Positions 13,331 through 26,519 of a stretch of 64,000 nucleotides of DNA are shown piece by piece. Made by a program: the position numbers and the translations under genes. The notes beneath the pieces are model-generated. The model did no database searches. It was not told where the DNA came from and saw only the letters and a list, made by a program, of their open reading frames with translations. This DNA comes from Mobula hypostoma (lineage: Eukaryota). The stretch lies in NCBI RefSeq assembly GCF_963921235.1, contig NC_086097.1:98830001-98894000 (forward strand). The letters run 5' to 3'. How positions within the stretch are numbered: the first letter of the stretch is position 1; each line of letters begins with the position of its first letter.

Positions 13331-16300
13331 ACAGAAAAAAAAAACAACAAATCTGTTTCAAGGAAGAAAGTCGCACCCACAGCAGTTGGCTCCCTATCAC
13401 AGACTCTCAGAATTATCCTATTAAATGTGGGCAAATTGGTAAAGCATTTATCATTGAGCCTGAGAATCAGAGATAGGGAAAGAAATCTAGCAAAGAATAC
13501 CAATAAGAGGAATAAATTTAATCCTAATACTTTGCTGTTTTATTCTTTATAGAAAATCAACAAGACAGGAAATAAGTGAGCAAAACCCAAGTAGATACAG
13601 AGATAACAATAAAGAAAGAACAAGAATGTGAAAGAAGATAGTGAACAGAGATGGAAAGAATGAGAACTAAAGAGACAGAGATCATGGTGAAAGAAATCCA
13701 AATGAACTTACTCTAATTGACATCTCATTTGTTTGCTGACTGGCTAATGCAGTATCTAGGTACTGACACACAGCACAGGAACATCACTCTGTGTAATTAT
13801 TTCACAAAGAATCTGCTGCACAGAAACAGACCCAACACACACAAAATACTGGAGGAGCTCAGCTGGTCAGGCAGCATCTGTGTAGAGGAATAAACAGGTG
13901 AATTTCAGGCCAAAAAGAAATGGTCTTTCTTCAGGACTCACCATGATACACCAACTGTTCATTTCTCTCCATCGATGCTGCCTGATCCGCTGAGTTTCTG
14001 CAGCATTTTGTGTGTGCTGCCCTGGATTTTGAGCATCTGGAGAATCCCATGTGGTTATGATTTGCTGCTCTGTATGAACCACATCCATCAATCAATATCA
14101 AACACCACGAAAGGTTTCTACTACTCCACTCTCAATTTTTAAATTATATTGTAGCTACTTGATTCAACCACAGGTTTTGGTAGCAAGTTACACGTTTCTT
14201 CTGAATTGTCCACTGGATTTATTGCAGGATCATGGAACACATATTGCACAGGAGGATTCCATTCAGTCCATTGTCCATACCAGCTTCTGGCGGGGGAGAG
14301 AAGAAATTGCTGAACTGGCAGGTGTGCATCATCCACAAAGCAGGGTATTGTTAGCAAGGAATGGCAAACTGTACTTTACAATTATGTGGTTCCATCTCCA
14401 ACCAGTTCCTGCAGCGCAATGGCTTTGCTGGTTAAGTGAGCTTACTAAAAGTTTGTTGGGTACCATAAATTGTTCAGCCAAACATTAAGGACACTGCTAA
14501 TGAGCAACCTCCCCAAGTAGGGCACTAAGACCTTGATGGTATGGATTTTGGAAAAGAATAACCCCTCTGCTGAGGTCTTCACAGGGATCTCCTGCTTAAA
14601 ATGCACCCGCTGTGGACAATCCCTCTTAAACCCAGCTAGGCTGGCCATCATATCATCAATGCAAACTATTCATTGTAATCGAGAGGATGTTAGCTCCTAG
14701 GCTTATTCTGGTACCTGTATAGGATGGGTATTGAGGACAATGATAAGGGTTTGAATAAAGAGGATAACCTAAGCGGAATGAGGATATATTTTAATACATT
14801 TTAGCCAGCTTAATGAATGATTTTAAAGATTGAGATTTTAGCTTTAAGAAATCTATTTGATGTTGTGACTGGCTTGTGTGTACCTTCCCCAGTGCAAATG
14901 CTGTAGCAGTTGTTATAAAACCATAAAATATAAGCCCAAATCTAGGACGTTCAGCCCAATGATACCCCATTAAAGCGTTGTGACCTGTGTAATGAGCTTA
15001 GAGTGTTGAATGCATTTTACAACTATTATGAAAGAAAACATCCTAATGCTTTGAATAAGGTTCAGTGTCCAAGATGTAATACCATCAATAAGTATCATAA
15101 ACACAAGAAAATCTGCAGATGCTGAAAATCCAGAGCAATACGTATAAAATGCTGGAGGAACTCAGAAGGTCAGAAAGCATCAATGGAAAAAAGTAAACAG
15201 TCGATGATTCAGGCTGATTCAGGGGGGGGGGCGGGGAGACACCAGAATAAAAAAGGTGGGAAAGAGGGGAAGGAAGATTAGCTAGGAGGTGATAGTTGAA
15301 TCTAGGTGGATAGGAAAGGTAAAGAGGTGAAAAGAAAGGAATCTGATAGAAGAGGAGAGTGGACCATAGGAGAAAGGGAAGGACGGGATCGAGGGGGAGG
15401 TGAGAAGAGGTAAGAGGTCAGAATGGAGAATAGAAGAGGGAAGGGGAGGGAAAAAAAACAATATTCATGCCCTCAGGATGGAGGCTACCCAGAAGGAATA
15501 TAAGGTGTTGCTCCTCCACCCCGAGGGTGGACCGACATGTCGGAACGGGAATGGGAATCTGAATTAAAACGTTTACACAGAGATAACAAACCTGATTCTA
15601 GTCTTCCTCCCCCCCCCACCCCCCCGCCACACTTTTTATTCCGGTGTCTTGCCCTTCCTTTTCGTCCTGATGAAGGGTCTCAGCCCAAAACGTTGACCGT
15701 TGACTCTTTTCCATAGACGCTGCCTGGCCAGCTGAACTCCTCCTGTATTTTGTATGGGTTGCTTTCAATACGCATCATGTTGTTATGTGAGATTTTGCAA
15801 GATGTAGAGTTGACACGGATAAGAAGAATGAGATTGAAAAGAGCCAGTTGTTTCACTGTTCAGTGTGGCAAGGATTTTTCAACGAGGGTTGGTCAGAGAG
15901 CTTTAGGTGGAATTTATTAAATAGTTCTGGAGGTGACACTATCATAGCTTGCAATAGAGATCACCCCGCATCAATTTGAACTGAGGAAGTAGTAGCTGGC
16001 GATAAGAACTTTGACATTTAAAACTAATACCAGATCTTAGGTAAATGAGGCACAGTTGACTTTGTGAGATGTGCTACATTAGAAGATAGGATTCTTAACC
16101 ACAGTGGGAATACTGAAGTTGCAATGAGGACAAAGCTGCTAATGAGAGCAATCAGTAGTGGTGTGGAAAGTGCAGGAATATCTGCTAAGGGTCCAACGTC
16201 ATTATAGAACAAGCAACAGTATCACAAGCCATAACAGCACAGCTTCTGAATGAGGATATTGATTGAGAGGAAGGATCCATATGACAGATCTCAATGGGTC

Positions 16301-17729
16301 AAGCTGCTTTCTATACAGTCCTACAGATTAGTCTCGTCTGCTATCCAAATCTCCCCTGAAAGCCCTGACTGATGGTATCTCTACTACTCCACATAGGCAT
16401 TGAGTTCTAGATCATATCCAGGTAAATGTGGCATTTGCGGCAGTGTAAAACTCCCTCAGTACTGCAGTGGGAGTGTCGGCCAAGGTATTTTCATTCTCCA
16501 CTCTCTGAAGTGAGGACGTAATTCGGCTCTGATTCAGGGGAAAAACTGGACCAGAGGGCATAACTTCAGGATAGAGGGAAGTCCATTTACAACAGAGATG
16601 AGGAGGCACTTCTTTTAGCCAGAGAGAGGTGAATCCGCGGAATTCATTGCCACAGATGCCTGTGGAGGTCAAGTCACTGGGTGTATTTAAAGCGGAGGTT
16701 GATAAGTTTTTGATTAGTCAGATTATAGGGAGAAGGCAGGAGGAATGAGTTGAGAGGGATAATAAACCAGTCATGATGGAATGGCGGAGTAGATTGAATG
16801 ACCTAATACTCCACCTAATTTATGGTCTTAATTATATCTCCCTTTTACCTTTTGTCAAAAGGTTAAATCTGCAAGGGCTAGTCCTTGAACTATTAACTAG
16901 CATAATAATGTAGCTCCCTCCTTAACCTAGATCAGTCATCATCTTGTACACCGGCATTAACACTCTCTCAATGTTCCAAAAACAACCACCTCGGCCTCCC
17001 CAGTCTGACACATTAAATTCCCGTGTTCTACAAAAATTCTTTGACATATTTAATATCCCTTGGACCCAGTTTCCTCAGAAGCGGAAGCATTAAACCTTCA
17101 AACCGTTTACAATTTTGAACAACCTCTAGCTGGTCACTCCTCTACCATTTCCTTTCTAGAGTAAAGAATTCCAGCCTGTTCAGAGCATCAGATTTTCAGC
17201 ATCTGCAGAATCTTCTGTCCAGCCTGCTTAGTCTTTCTTGACAAATATATTTTTCGATTCTGGGGCCATTTTTGAGAATTTCTCTTGTACCTTCCTTGAT
17301 GTCTCCATCGTCTTTTCATAAATATGGAGACCTAGGGCTGAGATAAATGTAAAATTTCTCTCCTTCTGAGCTACATTCCATAAAAATGAACACAAGTACT
17401 AGGTCTGCATCTTTACTAACCTCATCAAAGTCATAACCATTTTAATGACACCACAAGACTTCAGTTCCACGGAGTACGAGGACACCTGCAGGTTGGGTGA
17501 GTCAGTGCAGGTGTAGTCTGCTCCACTTTTTCCTTCCCTACTCCACACATCCTCAGCCAATTTCTCAAAGTCCTGAAAGCTCACACTGAATACAGTTCCC
17601 AGTCATGTAACAGGAGATATCATCTGTTTCTTTTTCCCAAAAATACATCGTAGAGACAAGCAACTAATTTACAACTCTCCAAATATAGCTACGATCGTCA
17701 TCACAGCCTGTTACAGAAACGCCAATGCC

Positions 17730-18275
17730 CTTGAACAGAAACTCCTACAATAAAGCGGATACAGACCAATTCATCACCGGTAAAGCCCTCCCCACATTGA
17801 GCATATCTACACAAAATGCTGTCACTGGAAAGCATCTATTATCAGGGACCCCGACCACCCAGGACATGCAGTCTTCTCTCTACTGCCAACAGGAAGAAGA
17901 TACAGGACCCTTAGGATTTACACCACCAGGTTCAGGAACAGTTACTACCCCTCAACCATCAAGCTCTTAAACCAAAGAGGGTAACTTCACTTGCCCCATC
18001 ACTGAACTGTTCCCACAACCTATGGACTCACTTTCAAGGCCTCTTCATCCCATGTTCTCGATATTTATTGCTTATTTATTATTTCTTTCTTTTCATACTT
18101 ACATAGTTTGTTTTCTTTTTGCAGTGGTTGAACACTCGAGTTGGTGCAGTCCTTCATTGATTCTATTATGGTTATTATTCTATAATGAATTTATTGTACA
18201 TGCTCGCAAGCGAGTATCAGGGTTGTATATGGGGACATATATGTACATTGATAATAAATTAACTTTGAATTTTGA
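17730..18275 (+). mobile_element. Rex1/Babar-type LINE 3' end
   Basis: TTRFRNSYYPSTI remnant; tail AATAAATTAACTTTGAATTTTGAA. Confidence 0.7.
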
Positions 18276-18779
18276 AGTGATTAAGACTGGTATTTAATAT
18301 TAGAGGGACATCTCAAAAGAAGAGAAGTTAGCCCGGTGCCTTGGTCTCCATAATAATGAAAAGATGTAGAGGCATTGGGGAAGTTCAGAAACAATTCATG
18401 AGGATGATACCAAACAGAAAAAGAAATAACCAGAAAAAAAAACTGCAGATGTTGGAAATGTGAAATAAAACAGTAAATGCTGGGAAACTCAGCAAGTTAG
18501 GCTGCAACAGCCATCGTTTTGGGGGCTGTGACCCTTTATCAGCTGGGAAAGAGGGAGGTCCAAGTTGGTTTTCAGGAGGATGTGTAGGACAGCCTAGATG
18601 GGACGGGTCAAATGACTCACGTGGGGGGAGGGGGTGGTCAGCACATTGACCTAGAGCAATGAATCATCATCAGTTAATCATCTGTCTTTTCCCAATCTGC
18701 TGTTAGTTCCCTTTATTCAACTCTTATCAGACACTAGCTAACCTGTTGAATATTTTCAGCATAGTCTGTTCTGGAAACT

Positions 18780-20485
18780 ATAGACTGGTGAGTCTCATGT
18801 CAGTAGTAGAGAAGCTACTGGAGAGAATTCTTAGGGATAGAATTTTTGGAAAACAATGGCTTAATTAGGGAGAGCCAGCATGACTTTACGTGAGCCATGT
18901 CTTACTAACTTTAATTGAGTTTTTCGATGCGGTGACAAAGGTGATTGATGAAGATAGAGCTGTGGATGTTATCTCGATGGAATTTAGTAAGGCATTTGAC
19001 AAGATCCCTCATCCCTCATGAGAGGCCCATCCTCTCATGCAAGATTAAAATGCATGGGATTCATGGTGAATTGGCCATTTGGATTCAGAACTGGCTTGCC
19101 CATAGAAGAGAGAGGGTAGTGTTCGAAGGGACTTATTCGAGTTGGAGGTCTGTAATTAGTGGAGTTCCGCAGGGATCTGTGCTGGGACCTCTGTTGTTTC
19201 TGATGTATATAAATAACCTGGATGAAATGTAGATGACTATGCAAAAGTCTGAAGCACCCTAGATTTTCTATATGGCTTCAGATGATATGGCCTTTACAGC
19301 CCTGATCTCAACGTCAACAAGGCTGTTTGAAATTACCTGGAGAGACAGAAGCAAGTCTGCAGAAGAACTGTGGCAAGATCTCTAAGACACTTGGAACAAA
19401 CTACCAGCCAATTTTCTTATAAAACTGCATGTCAATCAATGTACCTACGAGAATTGATGTCGTTTTAAAGCCAAAGGGTGATCACATGAACTATTGATTT
19501 GATTTAGTTTTTTATTCTTTATTGCTCTTTATAGTAATTTTTTGATATTTAGAAACTTTTCATTTTATTATTTTTGAAAGCACCTTTGCTTTACAGAATT
19601 TTTTTCCACATGTGCCTAAGATTTTTGCACAATACTGAAGATATGTGGGTTACTAAGTTTGCAGATGGTACGAAGATTGGTGGAGTTGTGGATAGCATAG
19701 AAGACTGGTAAAGTATATAGCTGGACATAGATCAGTTGTAGATATGGGCGTAGAAATGACAGATGGAGTTTAACCCAGCCAAATATGAAGTGTAGGTCAA
19801 GGATAAAGAGATGGTACACTGCAAGACCCTTACAGAGCTGATGTGCAGAATGATCTTGGGAGTCCAACGTCACAGCTCCCTCTAAGTGGCTACATAGATT
19901 GATCATGTGGCTAAGAAGGCATATGTCATGCTTGCCTTTATTAGTAAAGGCTTTGAGTTCTAAAGTCAAGAAGCTTTATAAAACTCTAGTTAGGCTACAT
20001 CTGGAGTATTGCATACAGTTCTGGTTGCTTGATTATAGGAAGGATGTAGGGGCTTTGGAGAGGGTGCAGAAGAGGTTTGCCAGGATGCTGCCTGGATTAG
20101 TGCTATCATGAGAAGCTGTACGAACTTGGGCTGTTTTTTCTTGAGAGGTGGAGGCTACAGGTTTATAAGATTATGAGAGGCATAGATGGAGTAGATAAGA
20201 CAGCGTTTTTTTTCCCATGGTTGAAGTGTCTAATACAGTGGGCACGCATTTAAGGTGATAGCTTTTTTCCAAACACGGAGAGCGATGGGTGTCTGAGCTG
20301 CACTGCCTGGGATGGTGACAAAGGCATATACATTACGGAGTTTTACATAGGCACATGAATGTGAGCAAAGTGGAAGGATAGGGACATTGTGTAGGCAGAA
20401 GGGATTAGTTTAGCTGGCCATTTGATCACTAGTTTAATTAGTTCAGCACAACATTGTTCCTGTGCTGTACAGTTCAATGTTCTAT
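18780..20485 (+). mobile_element. Degraded CR1 with a nested Tc1 derivative
   Basis: [25 protein letters not shown]1 3' tail. Confidence 0.9.
19234..19637 (+). mobile_element. Non-autonomous Tc1-like element
   Basis: Inverted ends TGCAAAAGTCTGAAGCAC / GTGCCTAAGATTTTTGCACAATACTG. Internal SPDLN..E..W-like transposase remnant. Confidence 0.75.
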
Positions 20486-21404
20486 GATTTTATACGTCCA
20501 GCATATTTTGCTTCTGATCTGTTAGGTGGAAAACAGCACAGCTCACTCTTTCATGACATGGGGTCTAACTGCAGTCCAGCTTCATTACTATTAAAGTATG
20601 AATCTGTGTCAGTGTGTGTGTGCGTGTGAGTGTGAGTGTGTGGGTGTATGTGTGGGGAGGGGGCCAGCCTTGTGGAATTATCAATATATTTCTTAGCTTC
20701 AATAATCAGGTGCTCGATGAAAATAAAGTATATCCATTCGTCTGTAAAAATAAAGTCACATAATAGGTGTCTGAGCGCCAGATTAAACAACAAACCACAG
20801 ATCTGTTATGCCGTTAGAGAAAGAAAAAAGGGATTAAATTTGCATAGGATGTCACCAACACAGACTGACTGGCCTCCCTCTGTGCTGTAAGCAGCTTTGG
20901 CTGTAAAGTACAGCTCAGCTCAGTGGCAATTGAAACACAGTCACCAAGGAAAGTTTTAATATCCAGATGTTAAACTCTGAGGTTGAGGCAGGGACCTGAC
21001 AATCACCATGCATCTACTTCAGGGGGAGGTTTGAATATGGTATTATCTATATATGTGTGTTGCTAGATGCATTGATTTTAAAAGGATGGGTAAAAAGACA
21101 CGGACCAAATGTGAAATTGTTTTATGTCAACTGAGGTAATGATTTAGAAGTCACTGGTTAGAGTCTATTGGGGCATTCTAAAAGCAACAGGATAGGAGAA
21201 GTAAGGCTATGGGAAAAGAGTGGGAATTGGGATTAAAGGGATTGCTCCATAAAGAGTCAGTACAGGCTTAATGGGCCAAAGCCCTCTTGTGCCTTAGCAA
21301 TTCTATGATTTCATTATTCTATAGCTTGCCCTGCTCAGCATCATTCAACAGTCAAGAGCTTTGCATGTGGGAGTCAAAAGGTTACAGAATCAGTCAGCAT
21401 GTAC

Positions 21405-21775
21405 TAAAGTCTACAAGATTATGAGTGACATAGATAGGGTGGATAGCCAGTACCTGTTTCCCAGGGCACAAAAAGCAAACACCAGAGGGCATATGTACAA
21501 AGTTAAGGGAGGGAAGTTTAGGGGAGACATCAGGGGTAAGTTATTTTACACAGAGGGTTGTGGGTGCCTAGAATGACTTGCCAGGGATGGTGGTGGAGGC
21601 TAAAACATTAGGGGTATTTAAGAGCCTCTTGGACAGGCACACGGATGGAAGAAAAAGAGAGGGTTACGAGGTAGTGTGGGTTTAGTACGTTTTATTTTAA
21701 GGAACATATGGGTCAGCATAACATTGAGGGCCAAAGGGCCTGTACTGTGCTGCAGTATTCTAGTGTCTAGTGTCT
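21405..21775 (+). mobile_element. CR1 3' fragment
   Basis: VYKIM..IDRVD, TRGH, FYT remnants; (TCTAGTG)n tail. Confidence 0.85.
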
Positions 21776-22541
21776 GAAGTGGTAGGGTGGGGCATAGGAA
21801 GGTAGAAGCTACCAAAGAGTTTGATGGGAGTGTTTTGATAGAGACAGGTTAGTGAGTGGAGAGATAAGTTAGAAAGATTAAGACATTCAAACTTAGAGAA
21901 TTAAGTACAGAATGGTTAGCACTCCCCCCCCCGCCCCAGAGTACACTGCTGGAAACAGATAATCCACAAGGGATTGGGAGCCGTCATGTTCCCAATACAG
22001 AGAAACCTAAACAAAGATTCAATTCACTCTCCCTATCCGAAGTGGAAAACATTTCAATATTTGATGGACTTAAGGTGACTGTAGTTCTCTGCACAATACA
22101 CAAACACTGGTGCTGAGACAGGAGGAGAATGTGTGCTGTTGAACGAATGCATTATCACTGAGGCATGCAATGAAATGTTCTTCAACTGCAAGTCTTCCAA
22201 ACGCCTGTAATTCTGTAAATACAGGTGCACTATTGCACTGAGGGGTATACAGGTCATTGGAATAAGGTACACCCAACAGCAGTAAATCCCTTTCGGCTCT
22301 GGGATCCCCTTCTTGTCTTTCCTGCTCCAGAGACAGAAATGGGTCAAGGTGGTGACACTCAGTTACAGTGATGCGGCAGAGGGGCTCCGAGGATTCAGCT
22401 GCTGGGACAACTCAAGTTCATTATTTGCATTTGTGGCTGTCACATCAAACAGTCCAACATTTCCACCTCTGGATGACGGTCATCGCTGAGCTCTGGTCTG
22501 GCCTGAGCCGGGTTTCTCAGGGCAGACACCACTGTCGGTCA

Positions 22542-22686
22542 TTACTGTTCGCAGGAAGAGCAGTTTTCACCCTCAGGCTCCTCCTGGCTCTCAGACTGCC
22601 CTTCAGGACTGATCAGATACTGAATCTCCTCTGCGTTTACGGCAACTCTGTCTGGCTGCACCCACCGCTTGAAATAGTCCATGGCA
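22542..22686 (-). CDS. CCDC32: CCDC32 last coding exon (SAMDYFKRWVQPDRVAVNAEEIQYLISPE...CEQ*)
   Basis: Acceptor ctgttgcag|T, TAA at 22544-22542. Matches recalled CCDC32 FKRWLQPDKVAVSTEEVQYLIPPE. The spliced ORF is 184 aa. Confidence 0.95.
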
Positions 22687-23359
22687 CTGCAACAGTAAAG
22701 GAAACAGTCACAGGATCAACTACATGGACAAGATGTCGTAAGTGTACTGACTGGGAAATACAAAATCCTAACTGCGTACACGACATTAGCTGTATGATTT
22801 CTATCGCCCTGCAACAGAAGGGGTAATTCTGGAATGCAGCACATCCAGTGACTTTTCTCGACCCCTGGCATGGATCAAAGTGATGGCACGTTAGATATTG
22901 TGGAGAACCTGCCCGCCATTGCCTTCTGGGAATGGCCACCCTAAATCCAGTGACGCAGAGAAACACCTTCCACATTCGGGATTCATGGGACAAGGGATTT
23001 CAGACTATAATACGGATTAGGAATCTTGAGGCATCAACAGGGTACTTGAAATCTTGAATCGACACACTGCTGGGTGAGTGACAATCTATGTTGCCTTCAA
23101 AATACCTAACTGGAGATGTTCATCAGTGTCTTTGTAATTTCAAGCAGCCAACGGCCAGGGGAGTGGAGCAAGAGCAGGTATTAGCTCTGGTCTCCACCCC
23201 ACCACCAAAGTAGTAAAGTACATCAGCATTAAAGTCCACCATCCCCGACCCCTTCTACCCCATCTGAGGAGAGGAACTGCCATCAAGCTTAACATGAGGA
23301 ATTGGGACATAGCTCCTTATTTTGCATTTCCTAACAGACCGCTACAGATTGTACACTAC

Positions 23360-23516
23360 CTCTGGTCCATCTCGTATCCATCACTGTACATCTCTGACAT
23401 ATACTGCTCATGCAGGAAGCGATCCCAGCATTCTTTCTTTGCCTGTGATAGGCTCTTTAGCATCCCTTTTGAACTTGGCTCTTCGTTTATACCCTTCAGT
23501 TTCCTCAGGCGATTTT
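23360..23516 (-). CDS. CCDC32: CCDC32 second coding exon (157 nt; ENRLRKLKGINEEPSSKGMLKSLSQAKKECWDRFLHEQYMSEMYSDGYEMDQ)
   Basis: ag/gt boundaries (aacag|AAAATC ... CAGAG|gtagtg). Near-identity to recalled CCDC32 motif LAQAKKECWDRFL. Phases 1 and 2 are compatible with the flanking exons. Confidence 0.95.
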
Positions 23517-24429
23517 CTGTTGGTTTAAAGAAGAGGTCAGTAGAAAGATGTCATCAGTCACATACATTGCAACTCAGGATGCTGCAGCAGATATTTTGTT
23601 CATTGTGCTTTTGCTGGTCTGATGCAGAGCTGCTGGTTAATTGTAGCACCTTCTTTCACCATAAACTTCTTACGTTTCCCTTCTTGCTATTCAATTAGCT
23701 TTTGAAACTCATTTCCTTCCCAACAAAACATTCCCAATCACTATCAAAAATGTTTCCTTATGTTGGCACTTGATCTATGTCCCGTGGCTGACAACCCTTC
23801 ATGCAGGGAGGATGTTTGTCCTGATGGAGGAGTCTAGGGCCAGGTACACACTCTGAAAATAAGGGAGATGGCACTTAGGACTCAGGTGAGGAGAAATTTA
23901 CTTATTTATTGTCATACAGCATGGAATAGGTCCTTCCGGCCTTTTTCTGCCCAGCAATCCCCCGATTTAATCCCCGCCTGATCATGGGAAAATTTCCAAA
24001 GACCAATTAAGTTACCAGTTGGTATGTCTTTGGACTGTGGGAGGAAACCGGAGCACCCGGAGGAAACCCACGCAGTCATGTGAACGTACAGACTCCTTAC
24101 AGGAAGAGGCAGGAATTGAACCCTGGTCACTGAAACTGTAAATTGTTGGATGGATGGGAGGGATCACTGATAATGCTTAGGGCTCTGTGTATGCAGCGCC
24201 TTTGATTAAGAATCTCTGATGGGTGGAAGAGAGACCGCGATGATCCCCTCATCCTTTGTAGGGCGTTAAGAAGGATCACCGCAAGTCCCTTTGTATGAAG
24301 AGCCATAAGGCCACCTCATGCTCTCACTTCTTATTCTTATAATGAAAACTTCTTCGAAATCTAGTATTAGTGAGTGATTTTAACTTTCTTAATATTAACT
24401 GGGTCTCCCATAGTGCGCAGGGCTTGAAT

Positions 24430-25170
24430 AGGCGTAATTTGCTGAATGTGTACGAGTAAGTTTCCTTAATCAATATATAGAAGGCTCTTCTAGAGAGGAT
24501 GCAACACTAGGACCTCCTGTTAGGGAACAGGGCAGGGAGAGTGACTGAAGAGTCAACTGGTCACCAGCGACCATCATTCGGTTAGCTTTAACCTGGTCTA
24601 CCATGGCAGGGCCAACTTTGGAGATATTAGGTGGAACCTTGCCGAGGTTGACTTTGTGAGTCTGCAGGTAAAGGAATATCCAGTACGTGGAAGGCTTTTA
24701 AGAGGGTGATATCTTCTCGGGTGAAGGGCAAGGCTGATAAGTTGAGGGAAACATGGTTGATGGAAGATACTACGGCTCAGGTCATATTGTGTAGTCGATC
24801 AAGTGAATCCCATGATGATTATAAGAAATGTAAGAGGAAAACCATGAGGGCAAAAAGAGGGCAGGAGATGGACCTAGCAGACAGGTTAAGAATAACCTCA
24901 AGAGATTCTACAGGTATATTCAAAGTAAAAGGGTGGCTGTTGTGAGAATAGGTTCCCTTAAAGATCAGCATGATCATCTATGTTTGGAGCCACAGGAGAT
25001 GGGTGAGATTTCTCATCAGTTTTACTGTGGAGAAGATCATGGAACTGAAGGAAATTAATTCTTATGGCTTGGTCCATATACAAGTTAACACAGAGGAAAT
25101 ATTGGCAGCAGCTTTAAGCATTTTAAGGTGGATAAATCATCATAACTTGTGGGAAATTGGGGAAGAAATT
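24430..25170 (+). mobile_element. Old CR1 ORF2 fragment
   Basis: Degenerate similarity to the N-terminal part of the 33729-35687 ORF (DLLLGN, SDH, RAKRG.E..LA, IGPL.DQ). Confidence 0.75.
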
Positions 25171-25616
25171 GTAAGGTCCTTTTTTAACATAAAAAATAAG
25201 TACAATACAGTGCAGGAAGAGGCCTTTTGTCCCACGAGTCCAACTAAACTGACCTTTTCTGCCTAAACATTGTCCATATCCTTCCAGTTCCTGCACATTC
25301 ATGAGCTTCTTGAATGCCCCTATCATATTCACCTCCACTACCACCCCAGACAGTGTATTCCAAGCACCCATTACATAAAAAAGAAACCTTGCCCTGCACA
25401 TCTCTTTTAAACTTCTCTCACCTTACCTCCATGCCCTCTGGTATTACATATCTCAACCCTGAGGAAAAGATACTGTCTGTCTACTTTATCTATGTATCTC
25501 ATAAAGTTATAAACCTCTATCAGATCTCCCCTCACTCTAGAGAAAACACACCAAGTGCCCATCTTCTCCTTATGGATCGTGCCCTTGACGTCAGGCACAA
25601 TATCCTGGTATCGGAG

Positions 25617-26214
25617 GGAGGAGAAGATGGCAGCGCGACGCAGCTCGCAGCGGCCACTCCAGTGGTGATGTCTGTTATTTGTCAAGTAGGGTGCAGTGTA
25701 CAATCCTGATTTGATGGAGACAGACGTGAGAGCATGGAGGAACATCTGGAGAAACTTCTGAAATGCCTGCTTTGCTGCTGCTGCTACTGTGTGATCCAGA
25801 ATCTCTGGAGGGGAAGGCCCCGAGTCCTCGGCTTTGCTTGTTGCTTGGTGGCTGGGGCGGGGTGGAAGTGCTCGGCAGAGATGGTGCTCGGTGTCAGAAG
25901 GCTGGTCGGAGGCTCGAAGTTTTCGGAGGGACTCAGAGTCGGCTGTGGTCGGGTGCTTCCAATGCATCGGCAAGTTTGCGGCACTTCCGTCTGCGTGAGA
26001 TGATGGGGCTTTTTTTTACCGTGCCCATGGTCTGCTCTTTACTAAATTACAGTATTGCTTTGCACTGTTGTAACTATATGTTATAATTATGTGGTTTTGT
26101 CAGTTTTAGTCTTGGTTTGTCCTGTGTTTCTGTGATATCTTTTTGGAGGAACATTGTATCATTTTTTAATGCATGCATTTCTAAATGACTGAGTGTCCTC
26201 ATAATCTAATCTAA
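25617..26214 (+). mobile_element. ~600-bp non-coding retroposon-like element with a YY1-like head and (TAATC)n tail, copy 1
   Basis: High similarity to 59009-59671 in the opposite orientation; interrupts a CR1. Confidence 0.85.
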
Positions 26215-26519
26215 ACCTTTTATGCACCCTTTTCTAAGCTCAGCATCCTTCCTATAATGCAACACCCCAGATGTGGCCTAACTAAATCTCGATAAAGGTG
26301 CAACATAACTTCCTGACTCTTGAACTCAGTTCTTCAACGAATAAAGGCAAGCATGCCTCATGCTTACTTTACAACTTGTGGAGCCACTTCAGGGATCTGT
26401 GGACTTGGAGCTCAAGAACCCTCTGCTCATCAAACTGTTAAGGGTCTTGCCTTTGACAGTGTTCTCTTTACATTTGCTCTGTGCAGGTCAGAAATAATAT
26501 TTCCGTCTCTCTGATACAT

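Noticed and set aside
14139..14651. ORFs in unique-looking sequence
   Set aside because: No recognisable protein motif or consistent exon structure.
17399..17584. Minus-strand ORF with an acceptor-like tttcag, as a possible alternative CCDC32 terminal exon
   Set aside because: No recognisable homology, weak pyrimidine tract and weak donor.
25407..26086. Several 90-190 aa ORFs (also 59235-59880)
   Set aside because: GC-rich repeat sequence; the frames are not maintained between the two copies.
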